Assembly: GCA_951406725.2 (NCBI GenBank)
Contig: OX597822.1
Span: 103,044,001 to 103,108,000 of the forward strand
Reading direction: 5' to 3'
DNA: 64,000 nt
DNA from: Octopus vulgaris
Taxonomy: Eukaryota
The notes beneath the pieces were generated by a model. The model was not told where the DNA came from and searched no databases. It saw only the letters and a list, made by a program, of their open reading frames with translations. Made by a program: the position numbers and the translations under genes. Shown piece after piece: positions 62,815-64,000 of the stretch (within the stretch, counting starts at the first letter, position 1; every line of letters starts with the position of its first letter).

Positions 62815-63460
62815 GACTCTGTATTGCTACAGTTTATGTCTTGCTCAGAGATTTAATATAGATTATTTCTCCTTTCTTGAGATGAGCGACAGTTTGTCAC
62901 TGGAAAAAGCATATAGTATTTTGCGAGTGGAATGAGTTATCATCAGTAGCTGGTGATTAACACACGCTAAGGACAAGTAACCACCAAGAAACTCAAGTCT
63001 GTGTGTATCATGTAAGGGTAGAGATGGAATCAATGACCATCCCTTGCAAATACTTATCGGACACAGAATGTGTGTTGTTAGCCAGCTGGAAGAGATGTCT
63101 TTCTGGGGCTACAAACGTCAGTAACACTGTCCTGTATAGGACGCCACACTTGGCTGGCAATTATATGTATATGTATATGTATTGCTACTGTTTATATCTC
63201 ACACAGAGATTTAATATAGTATATATATATATATATTTTTCTTTTATTTCTTTTACTTGTTTCAGTCATTTGACTGCGGCCATACTGGAGCACCACCTTA
63301 AGTTGAACAAATCGACCCCAGGTCTTATTCTTTGTAAGCCTAGTACTTATTCTATTGGTCTCTTTTGCCGAATTGCTAAATTATGGGAATGTAAACATGT
63401 CAACATCAGTTGTCAAGTGATGGTGGGAGGAACAAACACAAATACATACATATATATATA

Positions 63461-64000
63461 TTGGGTCATCACATAAATATTGCAGTTTTTTTATAGTTTT
63501 ATTTTTTAATATTAAGATAAACAAAGTTCTTGTTTAATCTAAAATATACTCTTCCTCATTTTCTACAATGTGCTTCCATCTATCAGTAGAGATGCAAAGT
63601 TCCTCTTCCAAAATTCAGTTGTCCATGATGAAAAATACTCCTCTAGTACTGTTCTGACCTCATCTACAGAATTCCTATTTTTTCTGTCCAAATGATTTTG
63701 AAGACTGCAGAATAAATGATAATCAGATGGGGCAATGTCCAGTGAATATTGTGGGTGGGACAATATTTTCCATTCAAACTGCTCCAGCCTTTGGAATGTC
63801 ATCCTCGCTGTATGTGGCTGAGCATTATCCTGATGGAAGAACACCTTTCATCTTGAAACCAAAGATGGTCGTTTTTCTTCTGGCGCTGACTTAAGCCACT
63901 CAAGCTGCTTGCAGTAGATCTCCTTTGTTATCATTTGGTTTGGGTTTAAAAGTTCGAAGTGGACTAAACCTTTCATATCCCACCAAACAGATAACAACAC
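63461..64000 (-). mobile_element. mariner element 3' part (transposase C-terminus and TIR)
   Basis: FFHQDNAQPHTA, HPQYSLDIAPSDYHLF.SLQNHL (DD34D-type motifs); TIR ttgggtcatcacataaatattgcag. Confidence 0.92.

Overview
AT-rich, microsatellite-dense animal genomic DNA. The SINE/LINE repertoire looks to me like an octopus (coleoid cephalopod); that is recognition, not a database result. The only host gene I can support is POP1 (RNase P/MRP subunit), + strand: six phase-consistent coding exons from 316 to the stop at 16849, with the 5' exon(s) upstream of the window. The rest is almost all transposon-derived: RTE LINEs (one near-intact 3' half with a PHD-type finger inside the RT region, plus many 3'-UTR-only copies), an R4/Dong LINE, Tx1/L1 and CR1-like relics, three tRNA-headed SINE families, mariner/Tc1, pogo-like, TTAA and hAT DNA elements, and non-autonomous Helitrons. 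Most notable: (1) several short, mostly fold-back elements, mostly in (TA)n tracts, carrying minimal type I hammerhead ribozyme folds of the Penelope kind, two families with non-canonical cores; (2) a PHD finger inside an RTE reverse transcriptase; (3) a ~61-nt hairpin/pseudoknot module repeated 1 to ~10 times in the RTE 3' UTR; (4) many long inverted repeats, including ~830-bp arms in a POP1 intron. Repeat boundaries are read by eye and approximate.
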